DNA of 64,000 bases from an uncultured Verrucomicrobiae bacterium (GTDB lineage: Bacteria > Verrucomicrobiota > Verrucomicrobiia > Chthoniobacterales > Chthoniobacteraceae): positions 224,001 to 288,000 of the forward strand of contig CAWHEP010000009.1 in the NCBI GenBank assembly GCA_963828525.1. The letters are read 5' to 3'. Below the pieces are notes generated by a model. That model was not told where the DNA came from. It saw only the letters and a program-made list of their open reading frames with translations, and searched no databases. Made by a program: the position numbers and the translations under genes. Position 1 is the first letter of the stretch. Each line of letters starts with the position of its first letter. Positions 38,039-47,874 of this stretch are shown here, piece after piece.

Positions 38039-39581
38039 AAATCATGGTCATAGCTGGGACAGGAAAAGGGATTTTGCGTGTCACCCGCTCAGCCGCGCGC
38101 CGGAGAGTGGCGGGAGCGTCGCTCGCGGGGAAGATCGCCTTCTCTATTCGCACGACAATCGGGAAGAAGAGGACAGCGTAAACCCCGCCGATAGCCAGAC
38201 GCTCCACGACTCCCATGCCGCTTTTGGTGTAGAACCAAAGGACCACTGCCACCCCATAAAAAAACAGAGGAGTGAGCATGGGTGAAAGGATGCGCCACGG
38301 GAGAGAGGAAATCTTCACGTCTTTCCAGAAAGCGCCGTAAAAGAAGATGACAGCCACGATGAGCCCCAACTGTCCCCAAACCGCTCCGCTGAACCCGAAG
38401 TAATGCCCGAGCAAGTACATCGGAGGAAGAATCCCCAGGATTGAAAGCAGCTGGTAGAAAGTTGCGAGACGCACGCGATCCGTGGCATACGCGAAATTCC
38501 ACGGAACTATGGATTGCGCCTGCAAGATGCCCACGAGCGAGAAAATGAAAATGTAGAGGGTGATGTGAGTGCCGAAGGACTTTCCGACGATCAGGTCCAA
38601 CGCAGCCGGGCCCAGGAGGATCATGACGGAGTAAATCCAGATAGAGACGACGGATATAAACCAGCGAATTTTCGGCTCAATGCGTTCCATAAGAGCAGCT
38701 TTGCTCTCGCCCTCCGCGCAGAGCATTGGGAAAAGATACCCCGCCTGGCCGGCGAGAATCTGATGCCCAATCTCGAAGCCGCGCTTTCCCATGGTGTAGA
38801 ACGGCAGGACGGACGCGCCGAACATCGACGTAATGAGCACACGATCCGTTTGGCCCAATAACATGGTGCCAAGGGAGTTCAGATAAGACCACCGCCCGAG
38901 ACGCCAAAGGCCTCCGAAGGTCGAACGATGCCAGCCGGGAGAAGGGAAAAAACCGGTAAGTTTTGTGGCCATCTGCGCAAGAACGATAAAGTTGATCACG
39001 GCAAGGCCCGCTGTGATAAGCCCGGAGGTGAGGATCGTTGGATACGCGCGAAGAACGAAGATGCCCAACACGCCGCTCGCCAGGTCGAAAGATAGATTCC
39101 GCTTCGTCAGGAAATCGAAGCGTTGGTAAGCTTCGAGAACCGTAATCATGCAGCCGGAAAGCTGCTTCATCGTCACGGTCAAACCCACCAATCCGCAAAA
39201 GACGCGCGCCATGCGCGCATCGCCCTGATATTTTGTCCAGGAAATCAGTTGCGGCGAGGCTAATAGCAGCACGCAGAGGACGATCGCCCCGAAACTGACA
39301 GACACCGTTACGAGCGTGCCTATTATGCGTCGGATAGCCGCGTGATCCTCCTTGGCCTGCGCCTCGCTCAGGAATCGAATCCCGGCAGCACCGAAACCAA
39401 GACCCGCCAGCCCTGCAGTCATGGCAGTTACAGCGGTGATGGCCAGAACAAAACCCGCGTCGCTTACCCCGAGCCAGCGGACGGTGAGCCCAGCAAAAAG
39501 GATATTCAGCACAGCACTGCCGGCCGCGCCGATTCCCGTCCAAATGCTGTTTTTTACAACCTTATGTAAAAAAGCGCTCAC
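38022..39581 (-). CDS. wzx: Wzx-type oligosaccharide flippase
   Basis: KVVKNSIW, RWLGVSDAG, TDRVLITSMFGASVLPFY; 12-14 TM helices. Confidence 0.88.
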   Translation of the reverse strand: MSAFLHKVVKNSIWTGIGAAGSAVLNILFAGLTVRWLGVSDAGFVLAITAVTAMTAGLAGLGFGAAGIRFLSEAQAKEDHAAIRRIIGTLVTVSVSFGAIVLCVLLLASPQLISWTKYQGDARMARVFCGLVGLTVTMKQLSGCMITVLEAYQRFDFLTKRNLSFDLASGVLGIFVLRAYPTILTSGLITAGLAVINFIVLAQMATKLTGFFPSPGWHRSTFGGLWRLGRWSYLNSLGTMLLGQTDRVLITSMFGASVLPFYTMGKRGFEIGHQILAGQAGYLFPMLCAEGESKAALMERIEPKIRWFISVVSIWIYSVMILLGPAALDLIVGKSFGTHITLYIFIFSLVGILQAQSIVPWNFAYATDRVRLATFYQLLSILGILPPMYLLGHYFGFSGAVWGQLGLIVAVIFFYGAFWKDVKISSLPWRILSPMLTPLFFYGVAVVLWFYTKSGMGVVERLAIGGVYAVLFFPIVVRIEKAIFPASDAPATLRRAAERVTRKIPFPVPAMTMIFGKAA

Positions 39582-39614
39582 GTCAGGTAGACCCCATCGC
39601 GTTCGCGTCGGCGC

Positions 39615-41762
39615 CTAAGCTACCGCCCCAGCCTTTTCGCCGTAAACGGCTTTGTCGCCGTATTCCCCGAGAGAGTAATGGTAATAATGCCTGCCGCCGC
39701 CATGCCTTGGCAGGTAGTTTAAAACAATGCGAAGCTCCTTGCCGCCCGCCTGCGCAATCTCGTGATGCGCGCGCTGGACAGCCCGTCTCGATGTCGCTCC
39801 GGCGCGTATCACCAAACAGATCGCCTGAACCGAGTTAACCAGCAGGAGTGTGTCGCTCACCGCGTTAATCGGCGCGCTGTCGACGACGATAAATTCAAAT
39901 TCCTGCATGGCGTCTCGCAGAACCTGGGGCATCTTTCCACCCGCGAGCAACTCGGCCGGTTTCGAAGTGTTCGATCCCGCAGGCATCACGAAAAGATTCT
40001 TAACGGCAGTGGAATGCACCGCATCCTTCACCTGCGCGCTTCCATTGAGACAGTCGGTCAACCCCACAGCTTTCACATCCAGATCGAAGGCCTTACCAAC
40101 TCGTGGCTTCCTGAGATCGGCATCTATTATCAGCGTCTTGCACTCCTGCTGCGCAAGCGCCACGGCATAGTTGGAAGCGCAAAAGCTCTTGCCCTCCGAG
40201 GGCACGGCGCTTGTAAACAAGGTGACCTTCGGCGCGACAGTATCCGCTCCACGCACAAAGAGAGCGGTGCGGAGAGAACGGAATGCCTCAGCGAGTGAAG
40301 AGCGTGGCGCGGTAACGAGCGCGAGAGTCTTCTGGTTAAATTTCTTCTTCTTAGCTCTCGGAACGGCCGCGATTACCGGCAACCCCGTCTTGCTTTCCGC
40401 TTCGTCCACCGTCTTAAACGAGCCGTCGAGGGCGAAAAGGAGATAAGCGATTCCGCAGCCAATAGTCAGGCCAGCTATCACGCCGATCGCCACGAAGAAA
40501 TGCTTCTTCGGCGCCACCGGACGAACAGGCACGACGGGTTTATCGACCATCTGCACATCTTCCTGGACGATGCCTTTGGTCACATCCGCTTCTTTCAGGC
40601 GTTTCAAGACGGCTTCGTAGAGAGCGCGATCAGAATCGACCTCCCGCTCAAGAACGTTATACGGGATCGACATTTTATTGAGGTCTATTGCCCTCTGCTC
40701 CTGCCCCTTCAAAGCGTCCTGCAACTTTGTTTCTGTAGACTGCGCGGACTCATAGGCCGTCTTGATACTGGTCGCCGCTTCAAGAAGGCCCTTGTCCAGA
40801 CTCTTCTCCAGGTCGGCGAGCTGACTTTTTGCCTGGATGTATTTGGGATGCTCGGATCGATAGCGCTTGCTAAGGTTCGCGATCTCAGCCTCCTGAGCCG
40901 CAACCTCCTTTTTCAGCTCGACAACCGCCGGCGCGGACGCGATGGATGCAATGGAGAGGAGATCCTGCGGCGGATGATTCGCAATCTTTAGATACTGGCC
41001 ATAATCGGACTCCGCTTTAAGGCGGTCCCCGGTGGCTCTGGTGAGATCCAGGTTCAACTCCTTCAGCTGATCGACGACGATGTCCTGGGTATCGTTTAGC
41101 GACACCGCGTGATTTTTCTCCATGTAAGCCTGCAGCGCTTCCTCTGAGGCCTGGAGCTTGGCACGGAGAACTTCGGCTTCGTCGCTGAGGACCTTGTTGG
41201 CCTGACTCATTATATCCAGGCGACGCTGTATTCCTCCCTGGATGTAAGTGTTCACGACCGCTTCTGCCAATCGACACGCCTGCTCGGGATCGGTGAATCT
41301 GACGCTTAAATCGATGAGACGGGTTCCGCGCCGAAGCTTCGAAGAAACCACGGATTTCATCTTCCTTGCGATGGCGTCGTCCGAATAGGTGGACGCGGCA
41401 TCGGGAAAATAAATTTTGTTATCGAGGACTTTGTTCTGCCGGGCAACCTGCACCAAGAGCCCCGGACTTTCGAGGCTTTGCTCGATCGTCTTGAGGTATT
41501 CCATCGTCCTGGAATCCTCTTCCTTCACATCCTGGATATTTACTGTTTTCTGTTCAGTACCCGATGCTACCTCGACGACTGCGGTGGCTACGTAAGTCTT
41601 CGGAGTGATCATCGCGTACAGCACGGCAAGCGCGGTGAAAACGATGGTGCAAAGAATGATGAGCCACAGTTTCTCGCGGAGAGCGTAGTAAAGAGCAACA
41701 GGGTCAAACGAGGATGCGTTATCCGAGTCGCCAGCATACCCGGACTGTTGTTCTTTCATCAT
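39615..41762 (-). CDS. wzc: Polysaccharide co-polymerase / tyrosine autokinase (Wzc/GumC)
   Basis: Two TM helices flanking a coiled coil, EAFRSLRT, Walker A TSAVPSEGKS, IDADLRKP, VVDSAP, C-terminal Tyr cluster. Confidence 0.95.
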   Translation of the reverse strand: MMKEQQSGYAGDSDNASSFDPVALYYALREKLWLIILCTIVFTALAVLYAMITPKTYVATAVVEVASGTEQKTVNIQDVKEEDSRTMEYLKTIEQSLESPGLLVQVARQNKVLDNKIYFPDAASTYSDDAIARKMKSVVSSKLRRGTRLIDLSVRFTDPEQACRLAEAVVNTYIQGGIQRRLDIMSQANKVLSDEAEVLRAKLQASEEALQAYMEKNHAVSLNDTQDIVVDQLKELNLDLTRATGDRLKAESDYGQYLKIANHPPQDLLSIASIASAPAVVELKKEVAAQEAEIANLSKRYRSEHPKYIQAKSQLADLEKSLDKGLLEAATSIKTAYESAQSTETKLQDALKGQEQRAIDLNKMSIPYNVLEREVDSDRALYEAVLKRLKEADVTKGIVQEDVQMVDKPVVPVRPVAPKKHFFVAIGVIAGLTIGCGIAYLLFALDGSFKTVDEAESKTGLPVIAAVPRAKKKKFNQKTLALVTAPRSSLAEAFRSLRTALFVRGADTVAPKVTLFTSAVPSEGKSFCASNYAVALAQQECKTLIIDADLRKPRVGKAFDLDVKAVGLTDCLNGSAQVKDAVHSTAVKNLFVMPAGSNTSKPAELLAGGKMPQVLRDAMQEFEFIVVDSAPINAVSDTLLLVNSVQAICLVIRAGATSRRAVQRAHHEIAQAGGKELRIVLNYLPRHGGGRHYYHYSLGEYGDKAVYGEKAGAVA

Positions 41763-42355
41763 AAGATGCTTTCCCCAACCGAGATGATGTCGCCGGGCTG
41801 CACCTCAACCGTTTTTCCCTTTTCCCGGGCCATCTCCTTTGCGTTCAGCTTTAGTATTTCTTCGCGTCCTTTGACGATCCTCTTAAGGGTGATATTCCCC
41901 TGATCCGCGATGCGCGTAAAACCGCCCGCGGTTCCGATCGCCTCCAGCAGGTCGAGCGTATCCTGGTACAGCATGCTGTACGTCCCCGGCTTTTGAACCT
42001 GGCCCAGCACAGTAAAGCGCCGCTTATCGTATCCTTGCAGAGTGATAGTTACTTGGGGATTCACGAGAAATCGCGCATCCAACAGGTCACGAATCTGCCG
42101 CGTCGCGGAGGCGATGCTCTTTCCTCCTATCTCCACTGTTCCTAACAGTGGAAAGCTGATGGTGCCGTCCTTTGAGATGCGGGTGGTCGTAAGAAGATCA
42201 TCCTCCTGGAAGACCTTGATCTCGACTAAATCTCCTGGGTTGAGCTTGTAGTTATCCCCTGCGCCGGAACCGCTCGATCCTTGGGCAAAGGTTCGCGAGG
42301 ACAGGGAAAGGACGCATACAAGGCAGGCAAGGAGAAATTGTCGCATGTTTATCAA
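41759..42355 (-). CDS. Polysaccharide biosynthesis/export protein (Wza-like)
   Basis: YKLNPGDLVEIKVFQEDDL, DGTISFPLLG, and SLBB domain VLGQVQKPG. Confidence 0.93.
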   Translation of the reverse strand: MINMRQFLLACLVCVLSLSSRTFAQGSSGSGAGDNYKLNPGDLVEIKVFQEDDLLTTTRISKDGTISFPLLGTVEIGGKSIASATRQIRDLLDARFLVNPQVTITLQGYDKRRFTVLGQVQKPGTYSMLYQDTLDLLEAIGTAGGFTRIADQGNITLKRIVKGREEILKLNAKEMAREKGKTVEVQPGDIISVGESIL

Positions 42356-43791
42356 AAAGTCATCAATGCCTCTATCCCGACTTCGTTCGCCGTGAACCCT
42401 ACTCCACGTTGATCAGACTCCTTATCCCGGAACTCATAGAAAACGTCGCCTTTGAGCCAGCGGGTGAATTCATACGCCACCTCGGGCTTCAGGAAAAAGT
42501 AGTTGTCGGTGCGGTTAAACCCGCCGAACTTGCCCCCATCTTCCTGATAATCGTAGTTGGTGTATCCTACCTGGCCGAGCAGTTGGAAGCGTGATGTGAC
42601 GCGTTGAACAACGGAGAGATCGAAACCGGTCGAAGTATAGTTCTCGCCGAAGATCAACGCGGAACTTTGCACGCGCCGGTATGCCTCGAGCGTGATTTCC
42701 GTCTCTTCAAAGGGTTTATAAACTACACCAAGCCCGAACACAGGGTTCACGCGGTCTGCCGCGCCACCACCGTCAAACTGTCTGAATTCGATGCCCGCAT
42801 TTGCGGTGATGGCAACTTTGGCGGTGGCGTTATAGATGACCCTGAGAAGGCCCTGCTCATAATACTGGGTCGGACTTGCCTCCTGATCTACAAAACCAAG
42901 CCCTACACCCGCGCTGATGGTGAGGGAAGGACTGAGAAGATAGTTGAACCAGTCACGGTTGATATATTCCTTGTCGCTTACGAAACCGGATTGGTAATCA
43001 GAAGTTTGCTGGTAGAAATCGGCCTCGAAAGAGGTTTTGTCCGTCAAATCGTATTTCGCAGTGAGGCTCGTGTCATAAAGCTGGCGACGAACCCGATCTC
43101 CAATTTCAACGTCCGCTCCGGAAAGCTCCTGGAAATGGAAATCAAGGCCGATAGTGAGCCTTTTGACAGTATATTGCGCCTGCATGGCGACGTCTTGATC
43201 GACTGAATCTTGATCAGAGTGGTCCGCGAACAAAAAGAAGGTAGGAGCGTAGCTGGCCGTGAAGAAGCTATTTAAACGATCCTGATAGTCCCCAAGCTGT
43301 ATTCCGAATCCCGGAGTGACGGAGGTGACGAAATCCGCTTTTTTGTGGCTGGAACTGAAGAATATGTTGTCATCGAACATGGCGCTCACCCCTAAACCGA
43401 ACTCAAAAGGGCCAGTCGCCGCCATGGACTTCTTTTTGCTCAGGAGAGTCTGTCCAACTTCGGAACCTTGCGTGAGGGAGGGCGTGAGAGCCTGCTCGAG
43501 AGCCGGTTCGGGCTGGAGCAACCCCTCCCTGCGGGCTTCAACTTCCGGCGTTCCACTCTCAGCGGGAAGAGGAACATCTTCCGACATCTGCGAGTGCGCG
43601 GGATCATCGTTATTCAGATTCGCGTTCTCCGTCTCAGCCGGAGCGCTGAGAACGTGCTTTTTCGGCGCTGGAGAAGCTTCCGCCAAAGGAGCGGCATCCT
43701 GGGCCCGCGCGTTGCAAAAAAGCATCCCGCTCGCCAGAAGCATGAATAACGAAGCGCGCACCGTACTGCTGAAGTATTTTGTGTTTTTCAT
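42352..43791 (-). CDS. Outer-membrane beta-barrel protein of an EPS export system
   Basis: Signal peptide, FDDNIF motif, alternating beta strands, C-terminal Phe; first gene of the wza-wzc operon. Confidence 0.82.
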   Translation of the reverse strand: MKNTKYFSSTVRASLFMLLASGMLFCNARAQDAAPLAEASPAPKKHVLSAPAETENANLNNDDPAHSQMSEDVPLPAESGTPEVEARREGLLQPEPALEQALTPSLTQGSEVGQTLLSKKKSMAATGPFEFGLGVSAMFDDNIFFSSSHKKADFVTSVTPGFGIQLGDYQDRLNSFFTASYAPTFFLFADHSDQDSVDQDVAMQAQYTVKRLTIGLDFHFQELSGADVEIGDRVRRQLYDTSLTAKYDLTDKTSFEADFYQQTSDYQSGFVSDKEYINRDWFNYLLSPSLTISAGVGLGFVDQEASPTQYYEQGLLRVIYNATAKVAITANAGIEFRQFDGGGAADRVNPVFGLGVVYKPFEETEITLEAYRRVQSSALIFGENYTSTGFDLSVVQRVTSRFQLLGQVGYTNYDYQEDGGKFGGFNRTDNYFFLKPEVAYEFTRWLKGDVFYEFRDKESDQRGVGFTANEVGIEALMTF

Positions 43792-43793
43792 TG

Positions 43794-43874
43794 GTTTAGT
43801 CAGGATTGATCGGCGCGGATATTAGCGGAGCTTTTCATATTGTAAAAACAATATATCGCTCCTACCGACTAAAC
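43794..43874 (-). promoter_or_regulatory. Nested inverted repeats in the EPS operon leader
   Basis: GTTTAGTC/GACTAAAC (43794-43801 with 43867-43874), GGAGC/GCTCC (43827-31 with 43858-62), ATATTGT-aaaa-ACAATAT (43837-43854). Confidence 0.55.
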
Positions 43875-44090
43875 GTGAGGCTTGCGAGCGCCATGGAAAC
43901 AGCCACGGACGACAACTTTTGCTTCATGATTTGAGAGACTTCATTACAGCATTGCAGCACGGCATGAATGTTACAGAGCTATAGATACTAAAACTACTGC
44001 CATGTATCCTATAGCGGTGTAGGAACCGGCGCATCCCCGAACGTAGGACGGCCGCCTACAAGGGATCTGCGGCGAAAGCGCAACCCGGAC

Positions 44091-44702
44091 TCAAGGAGTG
44101 GACACGAACTTTACGATTTCCACTTTTACGAGCTCGATTTGTTTTCCGATATCCACGGCTTGCAAATTAAAAGCCTCAATCTGCGCGGCTGTCTGCTTCT
44201 CGGAAAGTGAAGGGTCTTTGAAGGTCTTGTACGATCGCCATGCGAGTTCACGGAGCGCCGCGGCAGGAGCCTCCAGCGACTCTCCCAGAATTCCCGGGAA
44301 ATGATGCCGATTGAGCCGCGCGAAGTTGGAGAGGCGCGAAGTATCCTCTATCGCGGCGCGACCCGCCTGATCTGCCGCCTCGAGTTTCTCGGTACGGAAT
44401 TCGAGTGAAAAGCGGATGATGCTCAAGGTCGCGCTGTCGAATAATTGAAAGAGCCTTTCCGCCAATTGCTCCCGACGTTCATCTGGCAGATCTACTTTCG
44501 ACGGCGCGACGGGAACGGTTGAACGCTCCGGCCGAAGGCGCTCCACCTCTTTTTCGGCAAGTTCACGAAGCCTGAGTTTATGAAGTTCGAGGTCTCTGGA
44601 GAGTACCTGCGAGAGAATCACCTTCGTTCCGGCGCAAGCCACGCAAGCCAGAACAACCGAAGCAAGGAGTGTCTCACAGAGGAATGCAGCAAAGGATGCC
44701 AT
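44091..44702 (-). CDS. Hypothetical membrane-anchored helical protein
   Basis: 203-aa ORF with an N-terminal hydrophobic helix, downstream of the TA pair. Confidence 0.6.
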   Translation of the reverse strand: MASFAAFLCETLLASVVLACVACAGTKVILSQVLSRDLELHKLRLRELAEKEVERLRPERSTVPVAPSKVDLPDERREQLAERLFQLFDSATLSIIRFSLEFRTEKLEAADQAGRAAIEDTSRLSNFARLNRHHFPGILGESLEAPAAALRELAWRSYKTFKDPSLSEKQTAAQIEAFNLQAVDIGKQIELVKVEIVKFVSTP

Positions 44703-44738
44703 GGTGACAGGCGTAGAACGAGAGCTCCGTCAGGAGCG

Positions 44739-45002
44739 CTACGCTTCCTTTTCGAGGCGTTCGCTTAGCCATTGCTTTATCATGCTCTGGTAGTTGAGAT
44801 AGCGGGAACGAGCGAGACGTTTGATGCGCGCCAGCATACGCGGATCGAATCGAAGAGTGATCATCGTTGACTCCCGGGCGTCCGCCTTCACGAGAGCGGC
44901 ATTCATCAAGCGGGCGTCGATCCGCGCATTCGCCCAAAATCCGGCTTCCTCCTCTTCAGATTCGAAACGAGGAACATCCGCCCAGCTGTTGACGACTTTC
45001 AT
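44739..45002 (-). CDS. CopG/BrnA-type antitoxin
   Basis: VPRFESEEEEAGFW and the RHH motif ITLRFDPRMLARIKRLARSRYLNYQSMIKQWLSERL. Confidence 0.87.
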   Translation of the reverse strand: MKVVNSWADVPRFESEEEEAGFWANARIDARLMNAALVKADARESTMITLRFDPRMLARIKRLARSRYLNYQSMIKQWLSERLEKEA

Positions 45003-45012
45003 GAGCGCTCCA

Positions 45013-45294
45013 TTACAGATTCATTTCCGAACTCTTCCGTTCATAGAAACTCACCTCTTCCGGGGTCATCTCGCGCGAGAAGATCACCCTGTACTTCTTG
45101 CCATCCGTCCAGAAGACACTAAAAATCCTCTTCTCGCCGACCGATTTGCCCAGATTAAAATACCTGGCGGCGCCCCGTTCGTTAGAGGACTCAGGCAGAA
45201 GGCGAAAGCTGAATGGATCCTCGAATGATTCTTCGATCTCCTTGGGACTCGTCCGGTGCAGATCGAAAGGGACGTCCAGCCAATCAAATTCCAT
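45013..45294 (-). CDS. BrnT family toxin
   Basis: MEFDW...EIEESFEDP...RYFNLGKS...RVIFSREMT..E..FY, directly upstream of the antitoxin. Confidence 0.83.
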   Translation of the reverse strand: MEFDWLDVPFDLHRTSPKEIEESFEDPFSFRLLPESSNERGAARYFNLGKSVGEKRIFSVFWTDGKKYRVIFSREMTPEEVSFYERKSSEMNL

Positions 45295-45304
45295 TCAAAA
45301 GAGA

Positions 45305-45682
45305 TCACGCGCGCTGGATCAATTCTATCTCGTAGCCCTCGGGAGCATCGAGAAAGCCGATGATACTGCCCCCGCTGCTGCGATGAGGACCATCGGAGAG
45401 TGGATAACCCCTGGACTCGGTCTGCTTTGCGAATTGTTCCAGGTCTTCGACTTCAAAAGCGAGGTGAGTCACGTCGGGGCCGATCTGGACAGGGCCGCTG
45501 CCGTCGAACTTGCAAATCTCGATCAATTCGTCACTGGCGGGCGCTTTGAGAAACACAAGTTGAGAGCCGCGGCCCGAGGTATGCCTGCTGACCTCGGAGA
45601 GGCCCAGCACGTCTTTATAGAAGGAAACCGTCCTTTCGAGATCCTGGACGCGGTACCGTGTGTGCAAGAGACGTTTAACCAT
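45305..45682 (-). CDS. VOC family protein (lactoylglutathione lyase-like)
   Basis: LLHTRYRVQDLERTVSFYKDVLGL, THLAFEVEDL, FLDAPEGYEIELIQ. ATG at 45682. Confidence 0.9.
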   Translation of the reverse strand: MVKRLLHTRYRVQDLERTVSFYKDVLGLSEVSRHTSGRGSQLVFLKAPASDELIEICKFDGSGPVQIGPDVTHLAFEVEDLEQFAKQTESRGYPLSDGPHRSSGGSIIGFLDAPEGYEIELIQRA

Positions 45683-45781
45683 ACAAAGTAGGAATGTCGG
45701 GCGGCGCCTTCTGTTCGCTGCCGCGCTCGGGTTCTGACAGTAAACCGTGCGCCTCCCTTTTAAAACATGTAAATTCGTCCA

Positions 45782-47281
45782 ATGCTCACCCTCGGAATTG
45801 ACAGCGGAACCCAAAGCACCAAGACCATCGCGCTAGACATCGAAACAGGCGAGGTATTGGCGTCCGCGCAAGCTGCGCACGGATTCGTTACCGGGCTGCC
45901 ACCAGGGCACATGGAGCAGGATCCAGAGACATGGATTAATGCCGCTCGCACGACGGTTGCCGAGTGCCTGGCCAGGCTGGGGAGCCGGAAGGATGAGGTA
46001 ATCGGCATCGGTGTGAGCGGACAGCAGCATGGTCTTGTCGTTTTGGATAAACGGAACAAGCCGATCCGTCCCGCGAAGCTGTGGTGCGATACCTCGACAC
46101 AGGAGCAGTGCGATCAATTCAACGCCGAGTTCGGCGGAACGAAGGGACTGGTCGAGATAGCGGGCAACGGCATCCTCACCGGGTACACCGCTCCAAAGAT
46201 CCTATGGCTCAAGCAGAACGAACCCGCTTCTTACCGCGCGGCCAACTGTTTCCTTCTTCCGCACGACTACATCAATTTCTGGCTTACCGGAGAGAAGCGC
46301 ATGGAGTTTGGAGATGCTTCCGGAACAGGCCTGATGGACGTGAGAACGCGCGCGTGGTCCAGGCAGCTCGTTGATTTTATTGACCCTGCTCTCCACGAGT
46401 ATATGCCAAAACCGGAAACATCCACCAAGGTGGCCGGGTTGCTGCGCGAGAGCCTGCGAGGCGAGTGGGGTCTCACGGGCAGCCCTGTCGTGAGCGCCGG
46501 AGGGGGAGACAATATGATGGGCGCCATCGGCACTGGCAATATCGCGCCCGGCATTGTCACGGCGAGCCTGGGGACTTCCGGAACCCTTTACTCTTTCGCC
46601 AACGAGCCTGTGCTGGATCCCGCCGGGGAGATCGCGTCCTTCTGCGACAGCACGGATCACTGGCTGCCACTGGTTTGTACAATGAATGTGACAGTCGCCA
46701 CTGAGCAGATACGCCGATTGTTTGGGATGGACTATCCGGCGTTCGAACACGCGCTGATCTCCACACAACCCGGAGCGGACGGGATTTTATTTCTTCCTTA
46801 TCTAAATGGCGAACGAACTCCCAACTTGCCGAGAGCCAGCGGAGTGTATCAAGGATTGAACACCTCCAACATGCTTTCCGGTCAACTCGTCAGAGCGACG
46901 GTGGAAGGCGTGACCATGGGCCTCGGCTATGGCCTTAACCGGTTCCGCAGTCTAGGGATGACGCCGGCAGAAATCCGGCTCACGGGTGGAGGCAGCAATA
47001 GCAAGGCATGGCGACAGATCGCGGCGGATGTCTTCGGCGTTCCGACAGTCTGTCTGAGGTGCAACGAGGGGGCCGCGCTGGGAGCAGCGATCCAGGCATA
47101 CTGGGCACTGGAAGCGGTGAATGGAGGCGCGGCGTCATTGCCAGCGATCGCAGCGCGTCTCGCTGGTGTGGATCATTCGACATATTCCGAGCCGAATGCA
47201 AAAACCGGGCCCCTTTATAAGGCCCTGCTCGCCAAGCAGACCGACCTCACACGGAAACTCCATGCTGGCGGCTACCTATGA
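45782..47281 (+). CDS. xylB: Xylulokinase
   Basis: LGIDSGTQSTK, SGQQHG, LWCD, YTAPKILWL, GGGDN, SLGTSG, PYLNGERTP. Confidence 0.93.
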   Translation: MLTLGIDSGTQSTKTIALDIETGEVLASAQAAHGFVTGLPPGHMEQDPETWINAARTTVAECLARLGSRKDEVIGIGVSGQQHGLVVLDKRNKPIRPAKLWCDTSTQEQCDQFNAEFGGTKGLVEIAGNGILTGYTAPKILWLKQNEPASYRAANCFLLPHDYINFWLTGEKRMEFGDASGTGLMDVRTRAWSRQLVDFIDPALHEYMPKPETSTKVAGLLRESLRGEWGLTGSPVVSAGGGDNMMGAIGTGNIAPGIVTASLGTSGTLYSFANEPVLDPAGEIASFCDSTDHWLPLVCTMNVTVATEQIRRLFGMDYPAFEHALISTQPGADGILFLPYLNGERTPNLPRASGVYQGLNTSNMLSGQLVRATVEGVTMGLGYGLNRFRSLGMTPAEIRLTGGGSNSKAWRQIAADVFGVPTVCLRCNEGAALGAAIQAYWALEAVNGGAASLPAIAARLAGVDHSTYSEPNAKTGPLYKALLAKQTDLTRKLHAGGYL

Positions 47282-47779
47282 GACTGTTCTCGCGTCTGTG
47301 ACGGCCGTTTTTGGCTTTTGAAAGGGCAGTTCGATGTTATCCCTCCGCATCCGCCGGAGCGTGATTTCGACAATGTTCGCTAGCGTGTACCGATCCATTA
47401 TGTCCGAGATAGCATTGCGGACGTCCAGCATCAGCATGCGCAGGCCGCAGTGGTTCTCATCAGGACAGGAACACCGCGCGTAAGCTGTCTGGCTCACACA
47501 AGGAATTGGCGCCAGGGGACCGTCGATGAGCCTGACGACATCCCCCATCCGAATGGCGTCGAGCGGTTTGCAGATGTAATAGCCCCCATTTTTGCCGCGT
47601 TTTGTATCGACGACCCCCGCCGCGCGGAGTTGCGTTAAAATCTGCTCAAGGAACTTGACCGGGAGCCGCTCTTTTCGCGCCAGCTCCGCCATTTGAATAA
47701 GAGGCCGCTTCATCTGCTGCGCAATGCCGAGGTCGATGAGGGCGCGGAACGCATATTCACCGCGTTTGGAAAGTTTCAC
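47276..47779 (-). CDS. Rrf2 family transcriptional regulator (IscR/CymR-like, three Cys)
   Basis: KLSKRGEYAFRAL, FLEQILTQL, KRGKNGGY, IDGPLAPIPCVS...CSCPDENHC. GTG start at 47779. Confidence 0.92.
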   Translation of the reverse strand: MKLSKRGEYAFRALIDLGIAQQMKRPLIQMAELARKERLPVKFLEQILTQLRAAGVVDTKRGKNGGYYICKPLDAIRMGDVVRLIDGPLAPIPCVSQTAYARCSCPDENHCGLRMLMLDVRNAISDIMDRYTLANIVEITLRRMRRDNIELPFQKPKTAVTDARTVS

Positions 47780-47874
47780 AGACGTCAATGACTACCATAA
47801 GGAACACCGTGTCCGCTACGGCTCTTTTTCTTCCACGAGCAACCGCAGATTCTCGTCGCAAAGTCCCAGCTTTC

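Noticed and set aside
43990..44003. GGCAGTAG on the minus strand as an ops/JUMPstart element for the EPS operon
   Set aside because: It mismatches the GGCGGTAG core, lacks the rest of the consensus, and no RfaH/NusG paralog is in the window.
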